A stretch of DNA of 62,902 bases, filler included, from Octopus bimaculoides (lineage: Eukaryota), in the NCBI RefSeq assembly GCF_001194135.2. It is 4 parts of 3 records of this genome, joined end to end, with 100 filler letters (N's around TTAATTAATTAA, not from the genome) between each part and the next. Parts side by side here need not be neighbours in the genome. Positions count along the whole stretch, not along the records: positions 1 to 12,194 come from NC_068986.1; positions 12,295 to 29,594 come from NC_068993.1; 2 more parts are not named here. One strand, given 5' to 3'. A program made the translations under genes and the position numbers. Positions 1 to 12,355 of the stretch are shown here, piece by piece (position 1 is the first letter of the stretch; each line of letters begins with the position of its first letter). Below the pieces are notes generated by a model. The model saw nothing but the letters and a program-made list of their open reading frames with translations, searched no databases and was not told the DNA's origin.

Positions 1-162
1 TGTATCACCTGGTTCGTAATACGGGTGACTAGGCTATAGCCAACACTGCCAGATATTTTGAGCATCTCTGCAGTGATTCCTGATGGGCCGGGGGCTTTCC
101 CGGTCTTCATACTCTTAATTGCTTTATCTACCCTGGTACTATCAACTCGGATAGCTGGTCCC

Positions 163-165
<3 letters not shown>
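1..165 (-). mobile_element. RTE-like LINE ORF fragment (region just upstream of the RT domain)
   Basis: Minus-strand translation reads EGPAIRVDSTRVDKAIKSMKTGKAPGPSGITAEMLKISG, containing a KAPGPxG motif. It aligns by eye with 57150-57305 of the large LINE in this window. Confidence 0.85.
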
Positions 166-203
<38 letters not shown>

Positions 204-204
<1 letters not shown>

Positions 205-335
205 AGCTTCTTTCAGTTTCTGTCTATCCGAGGCTATAGTAGAAGGCACTTGCCCAAGGTGCCACGCAGTGGGACTGAACCCAGAACCATGTGGTTGGTA
301 AGCAAGCTACTTACCACACAGCCACTTCTACGCCT
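204..335 (-). mobile_element. SINE family A (tRNA-derived), 5' half with internal deletion
   Basis: Matches the other A copies (5682, 52789): ...ctatagtagaagacacttgcccaaggtgccacgcagtgggactgaacc...cttaccacacagccac. Confidence 0.9.
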
Positions 336-585
336 ATAATTATTTAAATTTGTGAATGAAACAAGATATGACTTTGATTGGTATGCCTCTTAATATGGAC
401 ATCCTTAAAGAAATAAAATGAAAATTATCATTATATGATAAAATATAACATTATTTAAACTTTTCATTTGAAAATCTGCCCCCAAAATTCTGTTTGATTG
501 ATGCAAGCATGGAAAAGTGGGTGTTAAAACAACATTGATTGCAATGATATTGATGATGATGATGATATATTACCATTAGACTTCT

Positions 586-770
586 CATCATTTAAAGTCT
601 GCTTTCCATGCTGGCATGGGTCGGATAGTTTACCAGGAGCCACTGAGCAAGAGGACTGTGTCAAGCTCTAGTGTTAGCTTCAGTATGGCTTCTATAGCTG
701 GATGCCATTCCTGGTGCAAAGCACTTTAACAGAGTGTACTGAATGCTTTTTATGACCAGTGAGGTCACCA
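586..770 (-). mobile_element. Diverged 3'-end fragment of the RTE-like LINE with (TGA)n tail
   Basis: Contains ctttccatgctggcatggg...gctggatgcc, as at 53569-53750. Confidence 0.75.
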
Positions 771-926
771 ACTAATTTACATATATACACAGAGTCACAT
801 ATTTATTACCATTGTTCTGTGATGTACTATACATTGGTCTACTCCTGGATGGTCCCATGTGTTATCAGTTTTCCTTTGAGAAGTGGTACTCAACTGTTTT
901 CCCTTGCTCAACTCTTCTGTCTCTTG

Positions 927-959
927 AGAGAGTGAGAGAGACAGAGTGAGAGAGAGAGA

Positions 960-1022
<63 letters not shown>
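927..1022. repeat. (GA)n microsatellite
   Basis: Read directly from the sequence. Confidence 0.98.
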
Positions 1023-1026
<4 letters not shown>

Positions 1027-1127
1027 GGAGATGAAGAAAGAATGTTGGAAGTGAGAGAGAGAAGAATAAAGTCCAGAAGGACTTGATGTCAACAAGATTT
1101 GAACTCATAGCACAAAGACCTGAAACA

Positions 1128-1255
1128 AATATTGATTTCAAATTTTTGCACAAGGCCAGCAATTCTGATGGTGGGGCTAAGTTAATTAGTGTTCTGCTGG
1201 TACTCATTCTATAGACCCCGAAAGGATGAAAGACAAAGTCAACCCTGGCAGATAA
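1128..1255 (-). mobile_element. SINE family C, degenerate
   Basis: Contains caaggccagcaat...gaccccgaaaggatgaaagacaaagtcaacc, shared with 14620 and 26033. Confidence 0.7.
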
Positions 1256-1518
1256 GTGTATGATCTCAATGGAAATCTTATGACTTGACAAGGTGAGATG
1301 AGTTTAACCACAGGCATGGTGAGAGCCATTGATGAGTATTAAGATGCATTCAGCATCGACGATGAAATCATCGATGATCTGGCTGTATCTGCGACCATAG
1401 GGAGCTTGTCTCCCTTGTAATCTCATTAAGATAGTGCTTTTGTTGGTTCTTGAGTTCTTTTGACTCTTATTTCTAGCAATACTGGTGCTAACTAGTGGCC
1501 TTACTCTTCACTCTTTTA

Positions 1519-1757
1519 ATCTTTTACTTCTTTCAGTTATTTGACTGTAGCCATGCTGGAGCAATGCCTTTAGTTGCACAAATCGCCCCCAGGACTTATT
1601 CTTTGTAAGCCTAGTACTTATCCTATCGGTCTTTTCTGCCGAACCACTAAGTTACAAGGACGTAAACACATCAACATTGGATGTCAAGTGATGAAAAGTG
1701 GACAAATACAGATACAAACACACACATATTTATATCTACATACATACATACATATAT
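1519..1757 (-). mobile_element. SINE family A, 3' half (head probably lost in the gap)
   Basis: Matches 52545-52790: ttcagtcatttgactg..ccatgctggagc..ttgtaagcctagtact.. Confidence 0.85.
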
Positions 1758-2171
1758 NNNNNNNNNNNNNNNNNNNNNNNNNNNNNNNNNNNNNNNNNNN
1801 NNNNNNNNNNNNNNNNNNNNNNNNNNNNNNNNNNNNNNNNNNNNNNNNNNNNNNNNNNNNNNNNNNNNNNNNNNNNNNNNNNNNNNNNNNNNNNNNNNNN
1901 NNNNNNNNNNNNNNNNNNNNNNNNNNNNNNNNNNNNNNNNNNNNNNNNNNNNNNNNNNNNNNNNNNNNNNNNNNNNNNNNNNNNNNNNNNNNNNNNNNNN
2001 NNNNNNNNNNNNNNNNNNNNNNNNNNNNNNNNNNNNNNNNNNNNNNNNNNNNNNNNNNNNNNNNNNNNNNNNNNNNNNNNNNNNNNNNNNNNNNNNNNNN
2101 NNNNNNNNNNNNNNNNNNNNNNNNNNNNNNNNNNNNNNNNNNNNNNNNNNNNNNNNNNNNNNNNNNNNNNN

Positions 2172-3339
2172 GATAAACAAAGTTCTTTTTAAATCTAAAA
2201 TATACTCTCCTTCCTTTTCTACAGTGCTCTTCCATCTATCTGGTAGACTTGCAAGGCCCCTTTTCTGAAATTCACTTGTCCATAATGAAAAATACTCCTC
2301 CAGTACTATTCTCACCTCGTCTACAGAGTTCATATTTTTTTCTGTCTAAATGATGTTGGAGACTGTGGAATAAATGATAATCAGATGGAGCAATGTCCAG
2401 CGAATATGGTGGGTGGGGCATCATTTTCCATTCAAACTGCTTCAGGATTTGGAATGTCATCCTTGCTGTATGTGGCTGAACATTATCCTGATGGAAGAAC
2501 ACCTTTCGTCTTGAAATCAAAGATAGTTTTTTTTTTTTCTAGTACTGACTTAAGCCATTCAAGCAGATCTCTTTTGTTATCATTTGGTTTGGGTTTAAAA
2601 GTTCAAAGTGAACTAAACCTTTCATATCCCACCAAACAAATAACAATATCTTAGGTGGGTGAAGACCTTCTTTGGCCTGGGAGTGCCAGTGTTTCTCCTT
2701 TCCCTACCCACTGTTTTTGGCACTTAACATTTTTATAGAGAACCCATTTCTCCTCACCAGTCACTATTCAGTCCAAAAAGGGTTCATTTGTGAGACATGA
2801 CAGCAAAGAAGAACACACATTCACTTTCTGCACACAAATAGACTTGGAAAGTTTACGAGGAACGCATTGACCCAATTTACTGACTTTTCCGATGACATAC
2901 AGGTGTCGATGAATGGTTGAATGACCAAGTCCAAGCTTCTCTGCTAGTTCCTGAACAGTTACGATAGGATTTTGTTCCACCAGGGTTTGCAGGATATCCT
3001 CATTGAGCTCTGTAGATCTTCCAGGATGAGGCTCGTCTTCTAGACTGCAGTTTCTGGATTGGAGTTTCTGGAATCACTGTTGACACTGGCTTACACTTAT
3101 TGTCCAATCCCCATTTACTGCATTAATATTCCTTGTACTTTCCGTTGTGTGGCTGTCAAATATGCTTCTTTGACACTTCCGTTATAGCTTTGAAAAAATA
3201 ACTGTTAAAACTGAACTGCACTCTTCAAAACTTGCACCAAGAATAAGAACAAGTTGATGCTGGTAATTTATCCCATCCCTCTCCTACTTTTAGTCCATGC
3301 AACTGAAAAAAAACGCATTATTTATGGGATGACCCAATA
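2172..3339 (-). mobile_element. Decayed Tc1/mariner DNA transposon (DD34D transposase pseudogene)
   Basis: Minus-strand pieces: an HTH region (TVQELAEKLGLGHSTIHRHL), IVTGEEKW (first catalytic D reads E), and HQDN...HPPYSLDIAPSDY with 34 residues between the D's. A mariner-type TIR (cgcattatttatgggatgacccaata) followed by TA lies at ~3314-3341. Stops and frameshifts are present; the other TIR falls in the gap. Confidence 0.92.
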
Positions 3340-3424
3340 TATATATATCTTTTTAACTTTAACTTTTTCCAGTCATAGGACTACAACCAATCAGGGACAC
3401 TGCTTTAAAGGGTTTATCCAATAT

Positions 3425-3580
3425 ACTGGACTTCTACACACTTTCCGTCTACCCAGTTCACTGACAAGGCATTGATTGGGTTGGAACTATAGTAGAAGAC
3501 ACTTGCCCAAAGTGCCATAGAGTGAGAGTGAACTTGAAACAGCATAGCTGCAAAGAGAGTTTCTTAACCACACAGCCATA
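3425..3580 (-). mobile_element. SINE family A, old diverged 5' half
   Basis: Contains ctatagtagaagacacttgcccaaagtgcc...ttaaccacacagcca. Confidence 0.75.
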
Positions 3581-4144
3581 TATATGCCTATAGATATATA
3601 TTCTTTACATACATAATCTCTCTGTATCTCATTATCTTTATTTTATCCTTATACTTCTTCAATATCTGTCTGTCTGTCCATTGGTCCATTTGTGTACATA
3701 TGAGTGTATGTAATTCTAGTTAGCTATGTCATCCCTCTTCCCTCTCTCTCTCTCTCTCTCTTTCTCTCTCACATCTTATTTCTGTCAACCTTCCTACCAA
3801 TCCATCATTGAACATTTGATCAATTGATAAATAAATTGATATATAAACTTTACGTGTGTGTGTATAGGAATCCACTAAATCTCTGAGGTTTGTTGATCTT
3901 AACAAATAATCTCCAAACAAAACACCATTTTAAATTGCAATCATATGTTTCAATGAAATTTTACTTGTAAGGAGGAAGAAACTGGAGAGGAGAGCAAACA
4001 AGTTCATCTCCAAGGAACTGTCTGTAGAATCATTGCATCGCAAGCATAACGATGAGAAAACACAAGGGAGGAGAATTGCGTATCAGCAAATACAAAGTGA
4101 TATTTATCCTGATATTTAGTATTTTATTGACTTTATTATTTTTA

Positions 4145-4179
<35 letters not shown>

Positions 4180-4482
4180 CACACATATAGATATAGATAT
4201 ATAAAGATGTATATATAAAACTGTATGTGTGTGTGTGTGTGTGTGCATATACATACAACTAAATATATATATATATTTATACACACACATCTTAAAGATG
4301 AGTTAATTTCTTTATCAGTTATCATGGTTTGGTTGTCACTGAACCATGACCTCTCCATTGAGAAGTATGTTCTTGAAACATATCAAATATATAGACACCA
4401 TATAGTGTTACTTCTCACCCCGTCTCTACCATTCTTTCTTTCTTTCTTTCTTTCTCACATACACATATTTCCCCTCTCTCTT

Positions 4483-4532
<50 letters not shown>

Positions 4533-4700
4533 TCTCGCTCTCTCTCCCTCTCCTGCTTTCTCTGTTTCTTCTTTAGCACTTTTATCTTTCTATCAGTCCA
4601 CTCCTCTTCTATGTCTTTTTACTACCACAGAGAAACCTGTGAATTTGAGGGGTTTTTGTGTGTTTTTGAGAGTTAGTTGTAAGTTCTAGGAAAACATGCA

Positions 4701-4759
<59 letters not shown>

Positions 4760-4762
<3 letters not shown>

Positions 4763-4855
4763 TTTCTTTCAGTCATTTGACTGCAGCCATGCTGGAGCAG
4801 CGCCTTTAGTTGACCAAATCGACCCCAGGACTTAATCTTTGTAAGCCTAGTACTG
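4760..4855 (-). mobile_element. SINE family A, 3' tail fragment
   Basis: Contains ttcagtcatttgactgcagccatgctggagcagcgcctttagttgaccaaatcgaccccagg. Confidence 0.85.
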
Positions 4856-5681
4856 GCACCATAATACATCTCCAGCATTAGAAGCTGTGCAAAGACTATA
4901 AATAATAATGATAATAATAATCAAAAGCCAAGAAAAGCAAAAACCTGTGAATTACAGCAAAAAAACAAGAAAAGATTTGGTGAAGTTTTTTTTTGACATT
5001 ATTGGAGATAAAGTTTTAGACTGGANNNNNNNNNNNNNNNNNNNNNNNNNNNNNNNNNNNNNNNNNNNNNNNNNNNNNNNNNNNNNNNNNNNNNNNNNNN
5101 NNNNNNNNNNNNNNNNNNNNNNNNNNNNNNNNNNNNNNNNNNNNNNNNNNNNNNNNNNNNNNNNNNNNNNNNNNNNNNNNNNNNNNNNNNNNNNNNNNNN
5201 NNNNNNNNNNNNNNNNNNNNNNNNNNNNNNNNNNNNNNNNNNNNNNNNNNNNNNNNNNNNNNNNNNNNNNNNNNNNNNNNNNNNNNNNNNNNNNNNNNNN
5301 NNNNNNNNNNNNNNNNNNNNNNNNNNNNNNNNNNNNNNNNNNNNNNNNNNNNNNNNNNNNNNNNNNNNNNNNNNNNNNNNNNNNNNNNNNNNNNNNNNNN
5401 NNNNNNNNNNNNNNNNNNNNNNNNNNNNNNNNNNNNNNNNNNNNNNNNNNNNNNNNNNNNNNNNNNNNNNNNNNNNNNNNNNNNNNNNNNNNNNNNNNNN
5501 NNNNNNNNNNNNNNNNNNNNNNNNNNNNNNNNNNNNNNNNNNNNNNNNNNNNNNNNNNNNNNNNNNNNNNNNNNNNNNNNNNNNNNNNNNNNNNNNNNNN
5601 NNNNNNNNNNNNNNNNNNNNNNNNNNNNNNNNNNNNNNNNNNTATACCTTGAGAAGTATATATCTTGGCGTGTACAATTCG

Positions 5682-5845
5682 GCGGGCTTCTTTCAGTTTC
5701 CGTCTACCAAATCCACTCACAAGGCTTTGGTTGGCCCAAGGCTATAGTAGAAGACACTTGCCCAAGGTGCCACGCAGTGGGACTGAACTCAGAACCATGT
5801 GGTTCGTAAGCAAGCTACTTACCACACAGCCACTCCTATGCCTAT
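5682..5845 (-). mobile_element. SINE family A, 5' half
   Basis: Near-identical to 52789-52954. Confidence 0.92.
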
Positions 5846-6083
5846 GTTATTTATGTATGTTATCTCCTCTGTCTTCATTTTCATAGGTTATTCAATTTCA
5901 TGATCTTATTTTAGGCCAAAGGCACAATACTCTTCTGCAGAAGATAGACCAAGAGTCCACCCTTAGGGTGACTCTTGGGGTAGTAGATGTGTGTGTGTGT
6001 GTGTGTGTATGCATATTGTTTGTTTCCATTTTTCTGTGAAAATATGTCCAGACATGGGTGAAATATCATGCCTGGAAACATTT

Positions 6084-6174
6084 GAGGGTTGGTGACATGA
6101 AGGACATCCAGCTGTAGAAAATCTGCCTCAATAAATTCTGTCTAAGCATGGAAAGGCAGATGCTAAAATGACGG

Positions 6175-6213
<39 letters not shown>
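6084..6213 (+). mobile_element. Isolated RTE-like LINE 3' end with (GAT)n tail
   Basis: gggttggtgacatgaaggacatccagctgtagaaa...agcatggaaaggcagatgctaaaatga(tga)n is the reverse complement of the 53569-53720 motif. Confidence 0.75.
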
Positions 6214-7080
6214 GGAAGGGGATCTTATTTGACTACTCTGTAAGGATTCTGTCAGCCAACTACCTTGTGTGTGTGTGTGTGTGTGTGTTTGAGTATATAT
6301 GCATATAGATGTATGGCTAATTGTCTGGGTTGTTTTATCTGTTGGTTTGTGTCATGCTGCCAAGCCATTATCATAAGTGGTGTGTTTTGTATTGATCTGT
6401 CTCCATCAAATTAACATGTATGTAGATGTGTGTGGATGTGTGTGTGTGTGTGTGTGTGTGTTTGTGTGACCGTGTGTGTGTATATGTGTGAATAATCTTA
6501 GTATAGTTTACAAAATGCCTTAAAAACAAAGCAGACAAACATAGGTTATATGAATATGATATCAAATCAGCTTTAAATTAATTAATCACAAAGGTAGGGG
6601 GATACTTGTAGCTGTTGTTGATTAGCTTCAAAACTGTTAATTAGCCTCAAAACCTTTTGGTTGGCTTATACACCTGATAATTACTTTGGACATCTGCATA
6701 TCCATATTCTTCTAGGGAATTAATCTATAAACATGAAAAAAAAAATAATAACCCTGCTACACATTAATTAAGAACTCAATTAATAATGGTCCATTGACAT
6801 CCGCCATGTTATCACATTGCAGTGAACCCAAGTGGGACCAATTTGCATGTATAACAGTAATGAACTTATTGTATACAGAGCTCAGGCACACTACAACTGA
6901 TCAGAGAAAGAAGCCAAACATACATGAAAAGTAAGGAGAATAATGTACAGGAAGTGAACAGTGAATGAGTTGGTAAAAAAGGGGGAGTGACATCAAGTGT
7001 ACTGTTGGCAAATTTCAGGAATTACAGAAGTTTTGAAGGATGCAAGTTTCCTGACAGCCAACTGCTGATGGAGGTATATC

Positions 7081-7406
7081 TGGCACGCCGTCGTTTATGA
7101 CGACGAGGGTTCTAGTTGATCCGATCAATGGAACAGCTTGCTTGTGAGATTTTCGTGCAAGAGGCTGAGCACTCCACAGACACGTATACCGCTTCACATA
7201 CTTCTCTGGGAGATTCAGCGTGACACAGAGTGTGACAAGGCTGGCCCCTTGAAATACAGGTACTTCTCATTTTTGCCAGCTGAGTGGACTGGAGTAATGT
7301 GAAATAAAATGTCTTGCCCAAGGACACAACACGTCGCCAGGAATTGAACTCGTGACCCTACAATCACGAGCTGGATACCCTAACCACTAAGCCATATGCC
7401 TTCACA
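7081..7406 (-). mobile_element. SINE family E (tRNA-derived), near full length
   Basis: Reverse complement of 60402-60722. It has a tRNA-like head with A/B-box-like motifs followed by tccttgggcaagacattttatttcac. Confidence 0.9.
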
Positions 7407-7710
7407 GGTATATACACAATCAGGTGTATACACAATCAGCTAAAACAATTTTTAAGAACAACATATTTAGCTAAAAAGCATAAATTTCATATATCGTTCA
7501 TACTTTAAGTGTCCTCACAAGCTGTTTCATTAAGACAGGCGTGTTTACAAGAATCATCAGAAATGTTCTGTTATGATAATCAGAAAACCATTACATCAAA
7601 ACTGAGGGAAACACCGAGAAGATGAAGATGAAGGAGTAAAAAACAAAAAAAAAACAAAAAAAAAATACTAAGTAAATAGATAAGTAAATATACAAATGTA
7701 CACACACACG

Positions 7711-7900
7711 TCATCATCATCAACATTATTATAATTTGATGTCCATGCTCTATACTGGCATAATTTGGACAATTTGACAGAATTCAATGGGTTAAAATAC
7801 TGCATCATATCCCAGTGTCTTCTTTGGCATGGTTTCTATGGCTGGATGTCCTTCCTAAAGCAATCACTTCACAGCATGTAGTAGGTGCTTTTTTCATGGT
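7711..7900 (-). mobile_element. Diverged RTE-like LINE 3' end
   Basis: (CAT)n followed by ggtttctatggctggatgtccttcctaaagcaa. Confidence 0.7.
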
Positions 7901-9217
7901 ATTATTGTTGTTGTTGATGTTAAGTTTTTTTGTTTCATTCTTTTTTTCCTTGTGGCATACTAACATCTCACTCACAAACAAAACTAGAACCCACCTACAA
8001 ACAGGTCCACTCACACCAGCATGTCTGTGTTTACTGACACACACATTACAATGGCCAGGTAACAAAATGTGACCCCTTTTCACACCCATAATCAATATAC
8101 CACATATTGTGCCAAAGACGGAGTCCTCTAACTGCCCAGTCATGCTCTCCTAAGACTAATAACATCAATAGCACACAATTTTCCCCTCTCTGTGCAGTAC
8201 CCTAACTAGGCAATCTCTACTGTTGCATAGGAGAATCATTCATGGCTCTCACAGTAACAAGTGTAGTGATGTAATGTTGCCTGGTTGGTGGCAGTCTGTA
8301 ACCACTGATACCAGGCATGTGCTGTCAGTAATTACTCAGGGTAGGTAGTTGGTGATCTTTATGTTGTAAGACACACAAAAAATAAACGAAACACAGGCGT
8401 GCGACTAAATTCAAGGCAGATTTACTTCTGCCTATATAACATGTAAAGAAAACGGTGTTATAGGAGTGTACGCAGCACATGTACTACAGCAGTACTGTGT
8501 GTAGCTTAAATACTGAGACTGAAAGACAAGGGTGAGTTATCCCTACCCAATCTAAAAAAAAATTAAATACTTTGCATTTTATGCATAGAAATCAGAGTAA
8601 TATTCATAATTTTATTGAATTAGGTGCATATTTTGCCATAAAAGGAAAATGTTGCTATCGATCTATTTTATTCAAGGTAGGCACTGCCTACTTTGCCTAT
8701 CTAGGTGGCACATCCCGGACTGATACATATGAAGTGAAAATAATATTTAAATAGATAACTAGATTGTAATAAGTGAGAAACTACTCTCAGTCAGAAAAGG
8801 TAGCCAGTTTTTGACAGCTAAAATAGATGTAATGTGCTGTAATTGAGGGGTTACAGCAAAAACAACTTCTTGTGTAACATGTGATACTAGGCAAGGCTGT
8901 ATTTAAGGTTGCCGATGCCCTAGGAAAGCTGTATTTCAATGTTCTTAACAGTATATTCTTTTCAAAATGTTCACAAGGAGTAAAAAAAATCTGTAAATGT
9001 TAGGAAAAAATATTTATTACAATTATTATATATAGACATAAAGTCTTTATTTCTTTTCATTTTCTCATTTTGTTTTGAAGCACCCAAACATGACATGGTG
9101 CCCCCAAGCATGTGACTGCTGAGGTGACTGCCTGAGTTACTGGCACCGTCAACCAGACATGCTATTTAGGGAGCTGAATTGTGACTTTATATGACATCAA
9201 ATAGGATAAATAATTAG

Positions 9218-9420
9218 TTGTTGTTTAACCCCAGGTCAGCTCTGATCCAATAGATCTATGACGAAAGACATTCCAGCTATAGCAACTTGCCTTTTACCCC
9301 AGATATAGTATATCCAGGACAGCATTATCCATATGTCCTTTTTGTTTTAAGACAATAGTGTGAAATTAAAGAGAGATTTGGTTGCTATTTCTTGCAGGTT
9401 GCATGAACATATAAAGATGC
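9218..9420. repeat. Interspersed repeat with a partial inverted copy at 9727-9796
   Basis: ttgttgtttaaccccaggtcagctctgatccaatagatctatga matches the reverse complement of 9727-9796. A related fragment lies near 36920-36990. Confidence 0.65.
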
Positions 9421-10654
9421 TTTCATTTATTTATATTTAAATTAGGTGGTACTCAATCCAGTTCAGAGAGAATGAAGACAAAACCACACAAGGTAACACC
9501 ACAAAAGGAAGGACATGTTCATATACATAGTCACCTGGTTAAATATCACCATCTGGTTCTGGATTCCTTTAGTGGAAACCCTTCTGTTACAGGCATTTGG
9601 GCCAGGTGTCTGATCTGAAAATAGCTTACTCTTTTCCTCAAACTAGCCTTGAAGACCCTGTAAAGGGTCATGGGCACAAGACTCCTACCTCTGACTTTGC
9701 CACAGTTTTATTATAAATGGTACACTGGTTACTGTTGGAATGTTGTTGATCATAGATCTACCGGATCATAGTTGACCTGAGGTTAAACGACAACAAATTT
9801 ATAACTATTTAAACTAGGATAATGAAACAAAACTGAAGCAAGAATTGAAATATATTAAAGTACCACGAAGAGATGAAATATAAAATTTTAAGGTTGAGTC
9901 CTTCATCAGAGAAGGAACATTTGGTTAAAAGGAATAAAAGGTCTCAGACAGAGACACAAAATGGCACTGGTGATGGGGTATGAACTCTGATTTGACTGAC
10001 CAACTGCTGGCCCTACCAACTTGACCAGCTGCTGTTCTTAGGATATGAACCTAGACACAGAATCAATATTACTCAGAAGACAGTACAGATGCCAGAGGAC
10101 CCAGGCACTAGATTTTGTTGAGGCTAAATACCTCCCAGTATCTAATGTTCCTCCTTATAGTTTTTAGTTCAAATCTCACTGTGTTTTACTATAATTTAAT
10201 TTTTCTTTTACTCTTTTTAGTCCTGAGAGAAGGCAGTACCTATGACCTTTTACAGGGCCTCTGTGATTGGTAGGAAGGAGAGAGGAAGTTGTTCTCAAAC
10301 CAAAGACTTGGTCCAAATGTTTACAACAAAGCGGATTCCACTAAAAGTATCTGAAGTGCCAGGTAGTGGTGATGGATTAAACTGGATGACGGATTAATGG
10401 GATTAAAGTCTACCACCCAAATAGGCTATGATGGGATTTGAACTCAGAATTCAAAGAGCCAAGACAAATATGGCTAGGCATATTTCTTACATTTCAATCA
10501 ATCCCCTACTCTAGACTGGTACCTTTTTATCAACCACAAAAGGATAGGAAAGACAACAAGGTATTCCATCTGACACTCTAACGACTTTGCTACTTCACCA
10601 TGCCCCCAGGTTTCACGGCACCAGATTAATGATTGTTGTTGTTATCTTTTATAC

Positions 10655-10775
10655 TTTTGACTTGTTTCAGTCATTGACTGTGGCCATGCTGGGGCACCAC
10701 TTTGGAGGGTTTAGTTGAATAAACCGACCCCAAGACTTATTTTAAAACCTGATATTCATTCTTTTAGACTCTTTT
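10655..10775 (-). mobile_element. SINE family A-related 3' tail variant
   Basis: Contains cttgtttcagtcattgactgtggccatgctggggcacc...gaccccaagacttat. Confidence 0.7.
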
Positions 10776-10859
10776 GTGAAGAAGGGACAAACACAAAGAC
10801 GCACACACACACACATGTATGCATATAAACTTATGAGTGTGTGTGTGTGTGTAGGGAGT

Positions 10860-10905
<46 letters not shown>

Positions 10906-11776
10906 ATATAAGGTANNNNNNNNNNNNNNNNNNNNNNNNNNNNNNNNNNNNNNNNNNNNNNNNNNNNNNNNNNNNNNNNNNNNNNNNNNNNNNNNNNNNN
11001 NNNNNNNNNNNNNNNNNNNNNNNNNNNNNNNNNNNNNNNNNNNNNNNNNNNNNNNNNNNNNNNNNNNNNNNNNNNNNNNNNNNNNNNNNNNNNNNNNNNN
11101 NNNNNNNNNNNNNNNNNNNNNNNNNNNNNNNNNNNNNNNNNNNNNNNNNNNNNNNNNNNNNNNNNNNNNNNNNNNNNNNNNNNNNNNNNNNNNNNNNNNN
11201 NNNNNNNNNNNNNNNNNNNNNNNNNNNNNNNNNNNNNNNNNNNNNNNNNNNNNNNNNNNNNNNNNNNNNNNNNNNNNNNNNNNNNNNNNNNNNNNNNNNN
11301 NNNNNNNNNNNNNNNNNNNNNNNNNNNNNNNNNNNNNNNNNNNNNNNNNNNNNNNNNNNNNNNNNNNNNNNNNNNNNNNNNNNNNNNNNNNNNNNNNNNN
11401 NNNNNNNNNNNNNNNNNNNNNNNNNNNNNNNNNNNNNNNNNNNNNNNNNNNNNNNNNNNNNNNNNNNNNNNNNNNNNNNNNNNNNNNNNNNNNNNNNNNN
11501 NNNNNNNNNNNNNNNNNNNNNNNNNNNNNNNNNNNNNNNNNNNNNNNNNNNNNNNNNNNNNNNNNNNNNNNNNNNNNNNNNNNNNNNNNNNNNNNNNNNN
11601 NNNNNNNNNNNNNNNNNNNNNNNNNNNNNNNNNNNNNNNNNNNNNNNNNNNNNNNNNNNNNNNNNNNNNNNNNNNNNNNNNNNNNNNNNNNNNNNNNNNN
11701 NNNNNNNNNNNNNNNNNNNNNNNNNNNNNNNNNNNNNNNNNNNNNNNNNNNNNNNNNNNNNNNNNNNNNNNNNNNN

Positions 11777-12194
11777 AAGAGAAAGAGAGGAAGAGAAAGA
11801 GAGTGAGAGAGAGGGGAAGAGAGTGAGAGAGTAAGGGTGAGAAAGTGAGAGAGAGGGGAAGAGAGTGAGAGAGTAAGGGTGAGAGAGTAAGAGAGTAAGA
11901 GTGTAGAGAGTAGGAGAGTAAGAGTGTAGAGAGTAAGAGTGAGAGAGGGGGGAGTACGAGAGAAGAGAGTGAGAGAGAGTAAGAGAGAGGAGAGAAAGAG
12001 TAGGGGTGAAGAGAAGTGGGAGTGGTGAGAAGTAGGAAGAGAAGTGGGAAGAGAAGAGGAATGAAGAGAAGTAGGAAGAGAAGTAGGAAGAGAAGTTGGA
12101 GTGAAGAGAAGTAGGAAGAAAAGTGGGAAGAGAAGTAGGAATGAAGAGAAGTAGGAAGAGAAGTAGGAGTGAAGAGAGGTGAAGAGACGTACAA
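11777..12194. repeat. Purine-strand low-complexity minisatellite (gagagtaag / gaagagaagtagg units)
   Basis: Read directly; bounded by gaps. Confidence 0.9.
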
Positions 12195-12294
12195 NNNNNN
12201 NNNNNNNNNNNNNNNNNNNNNNNNNNNNNNNNNNNNNNTTAATTAATTAANNNNNNNNNNNNNNNNNNNNNNNNNNNNNNNNNNNNNNNNNNNN
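12195..12294. other. Artificial 100-bp assembly spacer (44N + TTAATTAATTAA + 44N)
   Basis: An identical construct occurs at 29595-29694 and 51856-51955. TTAATTAATTAA places stop codons in all six frames. Confidence 0.93.
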
Positions 12295-12315
12295 TATATA
12301 TATATAGTTTTAGGG

Positions 12316-12355
<40 letters not shown>

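Noticed and set aside
3968-4120. Open stretch RRKKLERRANKFISKELSVESLHRK...
   Set aside because: It has only a vague resemblance to a LINE C-terminus and no convincing splice sites or family assignment.
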